A stretch of 64,000 bases of DNA from the NCBI GenBank assembly GCA_900765095.1, contig CAAFRB010000058.1, positions 2,364 through 66,363 of the forward strand. The letters are read 5' to 3'. The first letter of the stretch is position 1, and every line of letters begins with the position of its first letter. The notes under the pieces are model-generated. The model did no database searches, was not told the DNA's origin, and worked only from the letters and a program-made list of their open reading frames with translations. Below, one piece after another: positions 1-12,317 of this stretch. The position numbers and the translations under genes were made by a program. The stretch is from Clostridia bacterium. Lineage in GTDB: Bacteria; Bacillota; Clostridia; TANB77; UBA1234.

Positions 1-2092
1 AGTTTGCTTCCATGGCATTTGTAATATCTTCAGTTGCTTTATCCCAAATTTTAATTACTGTATTGTATCTTTCTTCGTTTGAAATCAAACCTCTCTTATA
101 TTGTTTCGTTACTTCATCTACTTTTGCTTCTGATGCTGCAAGAATTTCTTTCTTTTCCTTTGGAACCATAACATCAGCAATTGATACTGTTATTGCACCT
201 TTTGTTGAATATTTGTATCCTAATGCTTTTATGCTATCCAATAATTCTGCTGTAACACTTAAATCATGTACCTTAATACATGCTGCAATAATCTTTCCTA
301 TTGTTTTTTTCGTTACAGGGAAATTAATTTCTAGTGCGAATGTATTTTCTGGATTTGTTCTATCTACTAATCCTAAATCTTGTGGTACAGCTTCATTGAA
401 TATAATCTTACCGATTGTTGTTTCAATGATACCATGTTTCATTTCACCATCAATTTCTTTATACATTCTGACTTTTATCTTTGCATGTATATCTATATCT
501 CCGCCTTGATATGCCATCATAGCTTCGTCTTTATCTTTGAAAATCATGCCTTCGCCTTTTACTCCAGCTCTGTCAATTGTTAGATAGTATGAACCTAAAA
601 TCATATCCTGTGTTGGAACTGTGACTGGCTTTCCATCTTGTGGTTTTAACAAGTTGTTAGCTGATAACATTAAGTATCTTGCTTCTGCTTGAGCTTCTGG
701 TGTTAATGGAAGGTGAACAGCCATCTGGTCCCCATCGAAGTCAGCGTTGAACGCCGTACATACAAGTGGGTGTAGCTTTATAGCTCTACCTTCTATTAAT
801 ACTGGTTCGAATGCTTGAATACCTAATCTGTGAAGTGTTGGAGCACGGTTTAGCATAACTGGGTGGTCTTTAATTACGTACTCTAATACATCCCAAACTT
901 CTGGTTTTAATCTCTCTACCATTCTCTTTGCATTCTTTATGTTGTGAGCAATTCCTCTTGATACAAGCTCTTTCATAACGAATGGTTTGAACAATTCAAC
1001 TGCCATTTCTTTTGGTAGTCCACATTGATAGATTTTTAGTTCTGGTCCTACAACTATAACTGAACGTCCCGAATAGTCAACACGTTTACCTAGTAGGTTT
1101 TGTCTAAATCTACCTTGTTTACCTTTTAACATATCTGATAATGATTTTAAAGCTCTATTTCCAGGTCCTGTAACAGGTCTGCCTCTTCTACCATTATCTA
1201 TCAAGCTATCTACAGCTTCTTGAAGCATTCTCTTTTCGTTTCTAACGATTATTTCTGGTGCCCCAAGTTCTAGTAATCTTTTCAATCTGTTATTTCTGTT
1301 TATTATTCTTCTATATAGATCGTTTATATCTGATGTTGCAAATCTTCCACCATCTAGTTGAACCATTGGTCTTAAATCTGGTGGTATTACTGGCAATACA
1401 TCAAGAATCATCCACTCTGGTTTGTTGCCTGAAAGTCTAAAGCTATCAACTGTTTCAAGTCTTTTTATTATTTTAGCTTTCTTTTGACCGTTAGCTGTTT
1501 CTAATTCTTTTCTTAGATCTGCTGCAAGTTTTTCTACATCTATTTCTTGTAGCATCTCTTTGATTATTTCGGCTCCCATACCTACTCTAAATGCTTTTTC
1601 ACCATATTGTTCAACGTAATCTCTATATTCTTTTTCTGAAATTACTTGTCCTTTTACTAGTGCTGTATCGCCTGGATCTGCTACTATATATGCTGCAAAG
1701 TATAATACTTTTTCAAGAGCTCTTGGTGCTATATCTAGCATTAATCCAAGTCTACTTGGTATTCCTTTAAAATACCAAATATGTGAAACTGGAGCTGCTA
1801 GCTCTATGTGTCCCATTCTTTCTCTTCTAACTTTTGATTTTGTAACTTCTACGCCACATCTATCACAAACAATTCCTTTATATCTAGCTCTTTTATATTT
1901 TCCACAATGACATTCCCAATCTTTTGTAGGTCCAAATATTTTTTCGCAGAACAAACCATCACGTTCTGGTTTTAATGTTCTATAGTTAATAGTTTCTGGT
2001 TTCTTTACCTCACCTTTAGACCATTCTCTTATTTTTTCAGGAGATGCAAGGCCTATTTTAATACGGTCAAACACTTCTAAATCAACCATTTT
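1..2092 (-). CDS. rpoC: DNA-directed RNA polymerase beta' subunit, N-terminal ~697 codons (gene continues past window start)
   Basis: Manual minus-strand translation from ATG at 2092: [24 protein letters not shown]...CHCGKYKR...; frame checked continuous to position 1 (...[20 protein letters not shown]...); directly downstream of rpoB. Confidence 0.9.
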
Positions 2093-2129
2093 TTTGCTCC
2101 TTTCTTATTATACAATCTTATGATTCTAA

Positions 2130-5100
2130 TTAGTCTATATCTCCGTCATCATAATCATCATCTATAAATGCGTCCTCGTCGTCTGTGAATACTGGCTCAT
2201 CTTCATCGCCAAAATCATCTTCATCTTCTTCATCTTCAATAGCATTTCCGTCTGAATCTTCTATGATCATTCCATCTTCTAAATCGGAGTCTGCAACTGG
2301 AAGTGTTATATTTGGAGTTGTTCCGTCGTCGTCAACGGCTTCTTTTAATTCAACTTCATTTTCATCATTTTGATTATATAATTTTATATCTAATCCTAAG
2401 CTTTGTAGTTCTTTTATCAATACTTTAAAGCTTTCTGGAATTCCTGGTTCTGGTATGTTTTCACCTTTTACTATAGCTTCATAAGTCTTCACTCTACCAA
2501 CAACATCGTCTGATTTCATTGTTAAGATTTCTTGTAGTGTATATGCTGCACCATAAGCTTCAAGTGCCCACACTTCCATTTCACCAAATCTCTGTCCACC
2601 AAATTGTGCTTTACCACCAAGAGGTTGTTGTGTAACTAAGGCATAAGGTCCAGTTGAACGAGCGTGGATCTTGTCGTCTACTAAGTGGTGTAGTTTTAGC
2701 ATATACATTATTCCGACTGTAACTTCATTATCAAATGGCTCACCTGTTCTTCCGTCATATAGTACTGTTTTTCCTGATGCTGGTAAACCTGCTTTTTGAT
2801 ACATTTCTTCGAAGTCAGCATCTTTTGCACCATCAAATACTGGCGTTGCAACTTTAAATCCTAACGCTCTAGCTGCATAACCTAAATGTACTTCCAAAAC
2901 CTGTCCAATGTTCATACGAGAAGGAACGCCAAGTGGGTTCAATACGATTTGTAGTGGTGTACCATCTGGTAAGAATGGCATATCTTCTTCTGGTAATATT
3001 CTTGAAATAACACCTTTATTACCATGACGTCCAGACATTTTATCACCAACAGAAATCTTTCTCTTTTGAGCAATATATACTCTAATTACTTCGTTTACGC
3101 CTGTTCCTAGTTCGTCAGAATTTTCTTTTGTGAATTTCTTAACGTCTACTATGATACCAGCTTCTCCGTGTGGGCAACGCAATGATGTATCTCTAACTTC
3201 TCTTGATTTTTCACCAAAGATTGCACGTAATAATCTTTCTTCAGCTGTTAGTTCAGTTTCTCCCTTTGGAGTAACTTTACCAACTAGAATATCTCCTGGT
3301 CTAACTTCCGCACCAATTCTTATAATTCCTCTATCGTCTAAGTCTTTTAGTGCGTCATCACCAACGTTTGGAATATCTCTTGTTATTTCTTCAGGTCCTA
3401 ATTTTGTATCCCTTGATTCGCAATCATATTCCTCTATATGTATAGATGTTAATACATCTTCTTTTACTAATTTTTCATTTATCAAGACAGCATCCTCGTA
3501 GTTGTAACCTTCCCATGTCATGAAACCTACTAAGATATTTTTACCTAATGCAAGCTCTCCTTGGTCTGTTGATGGTCCATCACCAATTATATCTCCTGCA
3601 CTAACCTTATCGCCTTTTTTTACTATTGGTCTTTGGTTTGAGCATGTACCTTGGTTTGAACGCTTGAATTTAATCAAATTATATTCATCTAGACCTTTTT
3701 TAGTTTTGATTGTTATCTTGTCTGATGTTACTTTTTCTACAACACCATCTTCTTTTGCAACTACACAAACACCAGAGTCTTTTGCTGTTCTGTATTCCAT
3801 ACCTGTACCAACTATTGGTGACTCAGTCTTAATTAGTGGAACTGCTTGACGTTGCATGTTTGATCCCATTAGCGCACGTTTTGCGTCGTCGTTTTCAAGG
3901 AATGGTATAAGTGCCGCAGCAACTGATACTAATTGTCTTGGAGATACATCCATCAAATCAACTTCATTTGGTCCAACCTCCAATAAATCTTCTCTATGTC
4001 TAACTTTAATCTTTGTATTTAAGAATTTTCCCTTTTTGTCTAGTGGCTCATTAGCCTGTGCAATTATGTAGTTGTCTTCTTCTTCTGCCGGGAAGTATCT
4101 GATTTCATCAGTAACAATACCCTTTTTCTTATCTACAATTCTATATGGTGTTTCGATAAATCCATATTTATTAATTACAGCATAAGTTGAAAGTGATCCA
4201 ATAAGACCAACGTTTGGTCCTTCTGGACTCTCTATAGGACATAATCTACCATAGTGTGAATGGTGAATATCTCTAACTTCAAATCCTGCTCTATCTCTTG
4301 ATAAACCACCAGGTCCTAATGTTGAAATTCTTCTCTTGTGAGTAAGCTCGGTAAGTGGGTTGTTTTGATCCATGAATTGTGATAACTGGCTACTTCCAAA
4401 AAATTCTTTTATTGATGAAACAACTGGTTTGATGTTAATCAATGATTGTGGTGTTACTATGTCTAAGTCTTGAACAGCCATTCTCTCTCTTACAACTCTT
4501 TCAAGTCTTGTTATTCCAATTCTAAATTGGTTTTGTAGCAATTCGCCTACGCATCTAACACGTCTATTTCCTAAATGGTCTATATCATCTGTATTACCGA
4601 TTCCATGTGCCAAGTTTGTCAAGTAGTTTATTGCAGCTATCATATCTTCTTTAGTTATATGGTTTGGTAATAATCTATCATAATTTTCTTCAAGAGTTTT
4701 ATACAAATCTTTCTCGTTTGTATCTGCTAATATTTCTTTAAGAACTGCATAATTAACTCTTTCTTCAATTCCTAGTTCAGATAAGTCACCGTCTACGAAA
4801 CTACTTAGCCATACTGTTCCGTTACCTATAACGTTTACGATTTTATCTTCAACTTTTACCTTAACTTCATTTACACCAGACTCTTGTATAGCTTCTGCTA
4901 TTTCTGGAGTAATTTGCTTGTCTTTAGAAACAAGAAGCTCACCCGTTTCAGGGTTTACAACTTTTTCTGCTGCAATTTGTCCAGCAATTCTTGTTGCTAA
5001 AGACAATTTAGTATTATATTTAAAACGTCCAACTTTTGTTAAATCATATCTTCTTGGATCAAAGAACAAAGCTGTTAATAGGTTTTTAGCAGCTTCAACA

Positions 5101-5834
5101 GAAGGCATTTCACCTGGTCTTAATCTCTTATAAATTTCAATTAAAGCCTCATCCTCTGTTTTAATTGGATCTTTTTCAAGTGTTGCAACAATTCTCTCAT
5201 CTTCGCCGAATAATTCAAGTATTTGGCTATCTGTTGCAATTCCAATTGCTCTCAAGAACAATGTGATTGGTAGCTTCCTAGCTTTATCAATTCTTATATT
5301 ATAAATATCATTTGAATCCGTTTCAAGCTCTAACCAAGCTCCACGGTTTGGCATAATTGTGGCTGTATACAATTTCTTACCCAACTTATCGTAAGTTCTG
5401 TCATAATAACAACCTGGAGAACGAACCAACTGTGATACTATAACTCTTTCTGCTCCGTTTATTATGAATGTACCATAATCAGTCATTACAGGGAAGTCAC
5501 CCATAAATATTTCTTGCTCTTTTACTTCTCCTGTTTCTCTGTTGATAAGTCTAACTTTTACTTGTAATCTTGTAGCATAGGTAGTATTTCTTGCCTTTGA
5601 CTCTTCAATTGTATACTTAGTTTCCTCACTAAAGTGATAGTCAACAAATTCAAGTATAAGTTTTCCAGAATAATCTGTAATTGGTGAACACTCTGTTAGT
5701 ACTTCCTTTAATCCTTTTTTAATAAACCAATTATAAGAATCCTTCTGTACTTGAATAAGGTTTGGCATTTCGATAACATCTTCTATGTTACCAAAGTACA
5801 TTCTGCTAGTTTTTCCACTTTTAACTTCTCGCAT
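2130..5834 (-). CDS. rpoB: DNA-directed RNA polymerase beta subunit, with an unusually long acidic C-terminal tail
   Basis: 1234 aa ORF with hallmark beta-subunit motifs (..[12 protein letters not shown].., ..[12 protein letters not shown]..); rpoB-rpoC adjacency. Confidence 0.95.
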   Translation of the reverse strand: MREVKSGKTSRMYFGNIEDVIEMPNLIQVQKDSYNWFIKKGLKEVLTECSPITDYSGKLILEFVDYHFSEETKYTIEESKARNTTYATRLQVKVRLINRETGEVKEQEIFMGDFPVMTDYGTFIINGAERVIVSQLVRSPGCYYDRTYDKLGKKLYTATIMPNRGAWLELETDSNDIYNIRIDKARKLPITLFLRAIGIATDSQILELFGEDERIVATLEKDPIKTEDEALIEIYKRLRPGEMPSVEAAKNLLTALFFDPRRYDLTKVGRFKYNTKLSLATRIAGQIAAEKVVNPETGELLVSKDKQITPEIAEAIQESGVNEVKVKVEDKIVNVIGNGTVWLSSFVDGDLSELGIEERVNYAVLKEILADTNEKDLYKTLEENYDRLLPNHITKEDMIAAINYLTNLAHGIGNTDDIDHLGNRRVRCVGELLQNQFRIGITRLERVVRERMAVQDLDIVTPQSLINIKPVVSSIKEFFGSSQLSQFMDQNNPLTELTHKRRISTLGPGGLSRDRAGFEVRDIHHSHYGRLCPIESPEGPNVGLIGSLSTYAVINKYGFIETPYRIVDKKKGIVTDEIRYFPAEEEDNYIIAQANEPLDKKGKFLNTKIKVRHREDLLEVGPNEVDLMDVSPRQLVSVAAALIPFLENDDAKRALMGSNMQRQAVPLIKTESPIVGTGMEYRTAKDSGVCVVAKEDGVVEKVTSDKITIKTKKGLDEYNLIKFKRSNQGTCSNQRPIVKKGDKVSAGDIIGDGPSTDQGELALGKNILVGFMTWEGYNYEDAVLINEKLVKEDVLTSIHIEEYDCESRDTKLGPEEITRDIPNVGDDALKDLDDRGIIRIGAEVRPGDILVGKVTPKGETELTAEERLLRAIFGEKSREVRDTSLRCPHGEAGIIVDVKKFTKENSDELGTGVNEVIRVYIAQKRKISVGDKMSGRHGNKGVISRILPEEDMPFLPDGTPLQIVLNPLGVPSRMNIGQVLEVHLGYAARALGFKVATPVFDGAKDADFEEMYQKAGLPASGKTVLYDGRTGEPFDNEVTVGIMYMLKLHHLVDDKIHARSTGPYALVTQQPLGGKAQFGGQRFGEMEVWALEAYGAAYTLQEILTMKSDDVVGRVKTYEAIVKGENIPEPGIPESFKVLIKELQSLGLDIKLYNQNDENEVELKEAVDDDGTTPNITLPVADSDLEDGMIIEDSDGNAIEDEEDEDDFGDEDEPVFTDDEDAFIDDDYDDGDID

Positions 5835-6374
5835 TTTTTCACCTCATCATTAAATTTAGTTAAATTTCAAAACTCTTACTAGCCACCACGTCAATCATTA
5901 CCCCAACTACGTTCAAGATGCACGCGAATGTCAATTATTTATTCATTTGTTTGGTATTAAAATAAATTTTTTAACATAAAAAGATTGTCAGTCAAATTAG
6001 GGTTGAAAACAAAGATTTTATTAAACGACAAAAAGGCAATTAGCTCGTCCTCAAAAAAGACGCCAATTACCTTTCTAATTTACGCATTAAATTCTTTATT
6101 ATTAACCGATAACCTTTTTATATTAATCAACCCTTACTTAATACATTATCGTTAAAGATTATAGCAGAATTTACATATATATGTCAATAGTTTGCGAACA
6201 TTTTCTTTTTACGTGTTATGTAAAGTACATTGCTGTTCAAGTTCTGTTTTTAATTCGTTTTTGGTGCTTTTCATAATTTACTTAATATTTCGCATAATCT
6301 GTGTAATTCTGTATTTATTTTATCATATTGAACTTTATTGGCAGTATTAATTTAGCAGAATGAATGTAAGAGTT

Positions 6375-7952
6375 TTATTTGTATATTTCATAGATCATTT
6401 TTGCTGTTTCTGCTCTTGTAATATCTTTTGTTGGTTTGAATGTGCCGTCTTCGTATCCGTTAATTATTTTCTTTTCACTTAGTTCTTTTATGTATTTGTA
6501 AGACCATGATGTTTTATCTATATCTTTGTAGTTTGGACATTCTTCTATGGCTACTTTTTCACTTGCTAGTTTACTTAATATTTTTGCTAACTCCTCGCGT
6601 GTTATGTACTTGTCTGCTCTAAATTCTCCGTTTTCGTATCCCTCTACAATGTTTAATTTACTTATTGCATTTATATATTTTTCTGCCCAATGTCCTTGGG
6701 TATCTTTATATATAGTTTCACCTTCTGCAGGAGTTAGTTCAAGTATTCTGCAGATTATTGTTGCTACTTCTCCTCTTGTTATTGAGCTTTCTGGCATGTA
6801 TAGTTCTTCTGTTCTTCCTATGATCCAGCTTTTTTCTTTCATGTATTTAATTGCTTTTTCTGCCCAGTGCCCATTCTCAATATCGCTGAATACTCTTGTT
6901 TCTTGCGATAAGTATTCTTCAAATATTTTCCAAATACTTTTTTCCTCCATTCCCAATCTCCATGTTCCTGTACCTTTTATGTCGTATTTACTTACTAGTT
7001 CTAGTTTTGCTTTTATGCTTTCTTCGTTTTCATACCAAATGGTGTATGTGCCTGGTTGTAATACTTTTCCGTATATTGTTGGCTTTGTTCCAACTGCACT
7101 GATGAATATTTCTGCCTGTGGTGTTTTTGTTTTTTCGTCGAATGTTACTTTGCCGTTTCGTGTTCTAATTAATTCTGCAACCGTTTCAAGCGAGACTGCT
7201 CTTCCTCCAGTTGTTGAGCCGTTTTTCCAGTAACGACCGTAAAGTGGTATTCCGAGTACTATTTTGTCTTTGTCCACTCTTTCCAATGCATATTGTATAG
7301 ATTTTTCTACAAATTCTATGCTTGCTACTGCTCCTGCTTCTCCGCCCTCGTAGTGTTCATCATAAGCCATTATCATTAGATAATCTGCATATTTAGATAG
7401 TGCTGTATAATCGTAAGATCCATGCCAGCCTGTTGTCCAACCATAAGGATTGGCTGCAACACTTACTACTACACTTTTTTCTTCTGGCAATTTTTCTCTT
7501 AACATTCTTACTAGGTCTGTGTAATCTGCTCTATCGCTTTCTGTAACATTTTCGATATCTACGTTGACACCATCTAGTCCATATTGTATGACGGCATTTG
7601 CTATGTCTGTCGCAATTTTTTCTCTATTTTTTAATGCTAATCTTCCTACTTCTCTATCCCAATGATTACTAAAGAATGGAACTATCTTTTGGTTTTGATT
7701 ATGTACTTCTATTATTAGATTTATATCGACTGTATTTAGTATCAGATTTCCTGTTGTGTCTATATCGAAATAACTTGGTGACACTTCATTTAATGTGTTT
7801 TCTGTTTGGTTAATCATTGATATGTAATTGCCACTTCCATATAGGTATGTCATGTTGTATCTTTGTGCCCCTACCTGGCTATACGATACTATAATTAATG
7901 TTATTGCCAACATTATAACGCAAACCGTGTAATATTTTTTCATATTCTCCAC
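6375..7952 (-). CDS. secreted glycoside hydrolase family 18 (chitinase-like / peptidoglycan hydrolase) with three C-terminal S-layer homology (SLH) domains
   Basis: Signal peptide; GH18 catalytic motif LDGVNVDIENV (DxxDxDxE); three repeats of the SLH pattern ..F.D....HWA...I.. Confidence 0.7.
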   Translation of the reverse strand: MENMKKYYTVCVIMLAITLIIVSYSQVGAQRYNMTYLYGSGNYISMINQTENTLNEVSPSYFDIDTTGNLILNTVDINLIIEVHNQNQKIVPFFSNHWDREVGRLALKNREKIATDIANAVIQYGLDGVNVDIENVTESDRADYTDLVRMLREKLPEEKSVVVSVAANPYGWTTGWHGSYDYTALSKYADYLMIMAYDEHYEGGEAGAVASIEFVEKSIQYALERVDKDKIVLGIPLYGRYWKNGSTTGGRAVSLETVAELIRTRNGKVTFDEKTKTPQAEIFISAVGTKPTIYGKVLQPGTYTIWYENEESIKAKLELVSKYDIKGTGTWRLGMEEKSIWKIFEEYLSQETRVFSDIENGHWAEKAIKYMKEKSWIIGRTEELYMPESSITRGEVATIICRILELTPAEGETIYKDTQGHWAEKYINAISKLNIVEGYENGEFRADKYITREELAKILSKLASEKVAIEECPNYKDIDKTSWSYKYIKELSEKKIINGYEDGTFKPTKDITRAETAKMIYEIYK

Positions 7953-8077
7953 ATCCTTTTACCTCTTTATAATATTATTGTAAATTTCATTGCATTTTGG
8001 TTCAATGTAAAATTTTTGTCTATTCTGGTAATTTGTGTGGTATAATGTGCTCGATATATTTTGGGCTTGGAGGAATT

Positions 8078-8782
8078 ATGAATTATATAATTTTGAATGG
8101 ACAAAGAATTGAATATAGATTGACTAGAAATGCAAAGAGAAATGTTAATATTTCGATAAAAGATAATGGGATTGTTAACGTTTCTGCTCCTAAAAGAGTG
8201 TCTATTAGTGAAGTAGAAGGAATTGTTGCTTCAAAGCAAGACTGGATTTTAAAAGCTCTTAAAAGGTTGTCATCTAAAACTTTATTATCGAATGAATATT
8301 CTTTTGATGCACATTCTACATTGTATTATCTTGGACATGAATTGAAGATTGAGTGTGTTGCGTCGAATAGTAACTCTTTAGAGATATTAGAAGATAGAGT
8401 AAAGTTTTTTGTGAAAGAAAGTTATATTGATAATGTAGAATATAAAAATAGAGTTTTTAATCGTTTGCTTAAGGATGATTTAGAAAATATAACAACTGGT
8501 ATGCTTATTAAGTATTTGAAATTAACATCAAAAGAAGTTTTAGAGTTTAAAATTAGGGACATGAAAAGTCGTTGGGGCACTTGTATTCCAAGCAAGAAAG
8601 AGATTATTTTGAATTTTAATTTAGTTCATTGTCCTCTTGATGCTATCGAATATGTTGTTTTGCACGAGGTTACTCACTTAATTCATGCTAATCATAGTAG
8701 AAGTTTTTATAATACTATAGAAATGTATATGCCCGACTGGAATATTAAAAGAAAAAAGCTAAGAGATTACACAATCTCCTAG
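8078..8782 (+). CDS. YgjP/DUF45-family (M48-like) zinc-dependent hydrolase
   Basis: C-terminal HExxH motif VLHEVTHLIHANHSRSF; RBS GGAGGA immediately before ATG at 8078 (the ORF track start at 7997 is probably too far upstream). Confidence 0.65.
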   Translation: MNYIILNGQRIEYRLTRNAKRNVNISIKDNGIVNVSAPKRVSISEVEGIVASKQDWILKALKRLSSKTLLSNEYSFDAHSTLYYLGHELKIECVASNSNSLEILEDRVKFFVKESYIDNVEYKNRVFNRLLKDDLENITTGMLIKYLKLTSKEVLEFKIRDMKSRWGTCIPSKKEIILNFNLVHCPLDAIEYVVLHEVTHLIHANHSRSFYNTIEMYMPDWNIKRKKLRDYTIS

Positions 8783-9024
8783 TTTTCTATGAATTCGACT
8801 AAGTTTCCGGCTTCCGCTTTTCGTGCGTTTTCTTCTATTGCATTTATTCTGAATTTTATAATTTTTTCTCCGTAACGAATTTCTACTATGTCGTTAACTT
8901 TCACGTCATAGCTTGCTTTAGCTGGTTTGCCGTTGATTGATACTCTTCCTGTGTCGCACGCTTCATTAGCAACTGTTCTTCTTTTTATTACTCTGCTTAT
9001 TTTTAAAAATTTATCTAATCTCAT
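8779..9024 (-). CDS. S4-domain RNA-binding protein (YabO/Hsp15-like)
   Basis: 81 aa, MRLDKFLKISRVIKRRTVA... typical S4 fold N-terminus. Confidence 0.7.
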   Translation of the reverse strand: MRLDKFLKISRVIKRRTVANEACDTGRVSINGKPAKASYDVKVNDIVEIRYGEKIIKFRINAIEENARKAEAGNLVEFIEN

Positions 9025-9040
9025 TGTGTTCCTCCTTTTT

Positions 9041-9180
9041 TAGTCTTTCGACTCTCGAGAGTTTTCGACTTAAAAGGAAGAAAATCTCTCGCATAAATTA
9101 AAGTTTTTTTATACAATAGGAAAGAAAAATAATACGTGAAATATTTCGAAATTAGCTACTTTCCTATTATATAAAAAAAG
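9041..9180 (+). repeat. composite palindromic intergenic repeat, copy with modules B+C
   Basis: ..ctctcgagagttttcgac..gaagaaaatctctcgcataaattaaagtttttttatacaataggaaag..ctttcctatt.. Confidence 0.8.
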
Positions 9181-9199
9181 AGTTACACCTAGTAACCCT
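9172..9199 (-). terminator. intrinsic terminator downstream of hup
   Basis: Minus RNA GGGUUACUAGGUGUAACUC + U7. Confidence 0.45.
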
Positions 9200-9252
9200 T
9201 TTTATTATATATTGTTTGCACAATAATCATCCTAATTTATTTAAAGAATAAA

Positions 9253-9531
9253 TTATTTTTTGTTTACCAAGTCTTTTAGAGGCTTACCAGCTTTAAATAC
9301 TGGAGCTTTTGATGCTGGTATTTTAATTTCTTCTTTAGTTTGTGGGTTTCTGCCTTTTCTAGCAGCTCTCTTTCTAACTTCAAAAGAACCAAATCCAACT
9401 AATTGAACTTTTTCACCTTTCTTTAAAGCACCTTCTACAGCTTTAATAAATGCGTTTAATGCAGCTTCTGCTGATTTTTTTGAAAGCTCTGCATCTTCAG
9501 CAATCTTTGCAACTAAATCAAGTTTGTTCAT
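9253..9531 (-). CDS. hup: DNA-binding protein HU
   Basis: [12 protein letters not shown]...[20 protein letters not shown]..; conserved HU arm motif. Confidence 0.9.
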   Translation of the reverse strand: MNKLDLVAKIAEDAELSKKSAEAALNAFIKAVEGALKKGEKVQLVGFGSFEVRKRAARKGRNPQTKEEIKIPASKAPVFKAGKPLKDLVNKK

Positions 9532-9705
9532 CTTTTTTATCTCCCTTCTAGATTTTCTTTATTTGATATAGTATATACTACTACAATCACTATATTTATA
9601 TTTCGCCATTTTTTTTAATATTCCTGCTATTTTTTTAACTTTTTTTAAAAAAGTGTTGATTTTTAGCATATTACAGCAGTTATGTATACCATTTTTGCCT
9701 TTATA

Positions 9706-11418
9706 CTAGGGTTTTACAATTTTTAGCTTCTGTAAAAACTTGTATATCTTATCCCCCAAAGGTAACATGTGGTAGTCTTCTCTATCAAATACCTTTAGGC
9801 TAAGTATCGCAAAAATGTATACAATTACAGCAAGTAATATGGCTATGATTGTTGCGATTCTATCTTTTTCTATAAGCATGTTTGCATAGTAATGTGTCAA
9901 AAATGCAACAGCTCCCATCACTAACGTGGCTATGATTGGTTTAATTATTAAAGAAACTTTGTCTGTGTCTAGTTTTATTTTCTTTCTTAGTACTATTAGG
10001 TTTATTATCATTGCTGTCAAAGCTGCAGCTACTGAGCTTATAGCAGCACCGTATATTCCTATTTGAGGATTTCTTATTAATATAAGATTTAATATTAATT
10101 TTACTATTGCACCACAGCCTAAGCTTGCTGCTGGTGCCATTACCTTTCCAAGTCCTTGTAACGCTCCTGCTACTGTTTGATTCATTAATGTAAATATTAT
10201 TGTAAATGAACTTATCTGTAATAGTAAGCCTGCTTCTTTTGCATATACGTTAGGGAATAATAAATTAAGTATAGGCTCTGCAAGTACACACATTCCAATA
10301 GCACAAGGTAGTGCTATTAATAGTGTTGTCCTAATTGAGAAAGTTATTCGTCTTCTTGCTGTTTTTGCATCTCCTTTTGCCATTGTTTCTGAAACTGCAG
10401 GAACTAAAGCTGTTGCAAACGCAACGTTTAGTGCTGTTGGTAGTCCTATTAGTGTATCTACCCTACCTGATAATATTCCATATAGTCTTGTTGCTTCATT
10501 TTGTAATAATTCGACTGTGGGATATAATCCGGCAAGTGCTACTTTTAGTCCATTAATTACTGTGAATGTATCTATGTTTCTGTTTATTGCTGATATTATT
10601 GATGCAAGTGAAATTGGTATTGAAACTGCTAATATTTTTTTCATTATGCTTGTTTTTTTTTCTTTCTTATATCCAATTTCATTCGCTTCATTTATATTTT
10701 TCCAAATTTCCTTTTTGCTTCTTTGATAATAAATAAGTAAATATCCACAACATATTACTGTTGCTATTGTTGAGGCTGCGTTTGCCGCAGTTGCCATTGC
10801 TACTGTTACTGTATCTACTGATAATCCTAAACTTTTGGCTAGGTCTGTTGGATTTACAACTGCTAAGAAGTATACTGCTACCACTAATCCTATTGTTAAG
10901 ATACTTTTAAATAGTTGTTCTAACATTTGTGAATTTGAAGAAACTTTCATGTTATACATGCCATTGAAGTATCCTCTTATTACTGCTGATACTGCTACAA
11001 AAAATACTGCTGGTGCAAGAGCGACCATAATTCCCTCTACATCGGGATTTCCGATTAATGATGTTGCTATGTATCTAGCCCCAAAGAATAAAATAGAGCT
11101 TCCTATAAGTCCTATAATTCCAAACAGCAAGAGTGCTGTTTTAAAAATATCATGTGCTTCTCTATGTTTGCCTACTGCAATCTTTTCTGACACGAGTTTT
11201 GCAATTGCACTCGGCACACCTATTGACGCTATTGCCAAAAGTAATGTGTATATCTGATACCCCGCCGAATATAGTCCGTTTCCTGCATCTCCAAAGTAAG
11301 GTATATTAGTGATTATAAGTCTATATATCAATCCTAATATTTTTATTACAATTTGTGCAAAAAATAGAGTTAGTACTCCTGCCATAAATGATTGTTTTTT
11401 ATTTGTTGTGTTTTCCAT
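9706..11418 (-). CDS. MOP-superfamily polysaccharide/lipid-II flippase (SpoVB/YabM/MurJ-Wzx-like), ~14 TM
   Basis: 570 aa polytopic membrane protein; position next to spoVT as in the Bacillus spoVT-yabM arrangement. Confidence 0.65.
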   Translation of the reverse strand: MENTTNKKQSFMAGVLTLFFAQIVIKILGLIYRLIITNIPYFGDAGNGLYSAGYQIYTLLLAIASIGVPSAIAKLVSEKIAVGKHREAHDIFKTALLLFGIIGLIGSSILFFGARYIATSLIGNPDVEGIMVALAPAVFFVAVSAVIRGYFNGMYNMKVSSNSQMLEQLFKSILTIGLVVAVYFLAVVNPTDLAKSLGLSVDTVTVAMATAANAASTIATVICCGYLLIYYQRSKKEIWKNINEANEIGYKKEKKTSIMKKILAVSIPISLASIISAINRNIDTFTVINGLKVALAGLYPTVELLQNEATRLYGILSGRVDTLIGLPTALNVAFATALVPAVSETMAKGDAKTARRRITFSIRTTLLIALPCAIGMCVLAEPILNLLFPNVYAKEAGLLLQISSFTIIFTLMNQTVAGALQGLGKVMAPAASLGCGAIVKLILNLILIRNPQIGIYGAAISSVAAALTAMIINLIVLRKKIKLDTDKVSLIIKPIIATLVMGAVAFLTHYYANMLIEKDRIATIIAILLAVIVYIFAILSLKVFDREDYHMLPLGDKIYKFLQKLKIVKP

Positions 11419-11622
11419 TTTTCCTCCTGTGTTTTAACGTTTTTTATATTAAATTCTATATATGATTATATTGTTTTTATTACACTTTTTCAACAAAAAT
11501 ATGAATAAGTCACAATGTGTTTTATTAAGCTGGTAAGCTTTTTTCTGCTTTATATCATTTACACTTAAATTATGATACCTCATTGCTTTTTTATTAAATG
11601 TCAATGAGGTATCTATAAATTT

Positions 11623-12180
11623 TTATTCTTCCATTTGTTTTCCTAAAAATCCGGCTGCTGACTGCACAACTTTTAGTTCAACATCGTTCATTCTTGTGTT
11701 AGGCTCTGTAGATAGTAGCATTACGGTGCCTATAGTATCTCCTTCGGCAATTATCGGATAAATCATTTGTGACGTGTATTTTTCACCATTGTCACTATCC
11801 GTCAATAACACCGGAATTTGTTTTTCTGTCTTGCCTTTGCTCGTCCATATAACTTTATCTTCCATTAATTTTTCTAGTTCAGAACTTACGCTTTTTTCTA
11901 GATATTCTTTTTTTGGTGCTCCTGATACCGCTATTATCGTGTCTTTGTCACTAATGCAAGCTATATGCCCCGTTGTCTTTGCTAATGTTTCGGCATATTG
12001 TGATGCGAATTCATTAAGTTCACCAATTGGTGAGTATTTCTTTAGTATTATTTCGCCTTCTTTATCTGTAAATATTTCTAAAGGGTCACCTTCTCTTATT
12101 CTTAATGTTTTCCTTATTTCTTTTGGGATTACTATTCTTCCAAGATCATCTATTCTACGAACAACTCCTGTTGCTTTCAA
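11623..12180 (-). CDS. spoVT: stage V sporulation protein T (AbrB-type swapped-hairpin N-domain + GAF domain)
   Basis: N-terminus MKATGVVRRIDDLGRIVIPKEIRKTLRIREGDPLEIF (AbrB/SpoVT family); 185 aa. Confidence 0.8.
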   Translation of the reverse strand: MKATGVVRRIDDLGRIVIPKEIRKTLRIREGDPLEIFTDKEGEIILKKYSPIGELNEFASQYAETLAKTTGHIACISDKDTIIAVSGAPKKEYLEKSVSSELEKLMEDKVIWTSKGKTEKQIPVLLTDSDNGEKYTSQMIYPIIAEGDTIGTVMLLSTEPNTRMNDVELKVVQSAAGFLGKQMEE

Positions 12181-12256
12181 TTAAAAATCTCCTCCTTCTG
12201 CATAATATTATACATATCATATTATTGCTTTTTTTGACAAATATTATGCAAAGGTT

Positions 12257-12294
12257 CAAGAAAGAATGAAAATCAAAGATTTTCAGCTTTCTTA
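12257..12294 (+). repeat. repeat module A only (hairpin aagaaag..tgaaaatc..gattttca..ctttctt)
   Basis: Directly downstream of the KAP NTPase gene. Confidence 0.6.
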
Positions 12295-12317
12295 TTTATG
12301 AAATTCTTTCTAAGCCT

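Noticed and set aside
12-5133. Plus-strand ORFs overlapping rpoC/rpoB (12-509, 380-583, 2185-2373, 3130-3501, 3520-3849, 3856-4071, 4918-5133)
   Set aside because: They are antisense to long, well-supported rpoB/rpoC coding sequence. They have low-complexity Ser/Leu/Phe-rich translations typical of the reverse strand of AT-rich genes. No RBS was found.
6547-7233. 228-aa plus-strand ORF inside the GH18-SLH gene
   Set aside because: It is antisense to a gene with clear GH18 and SLH motifs. It has a hydrophobic low-complexity translation and no start context.
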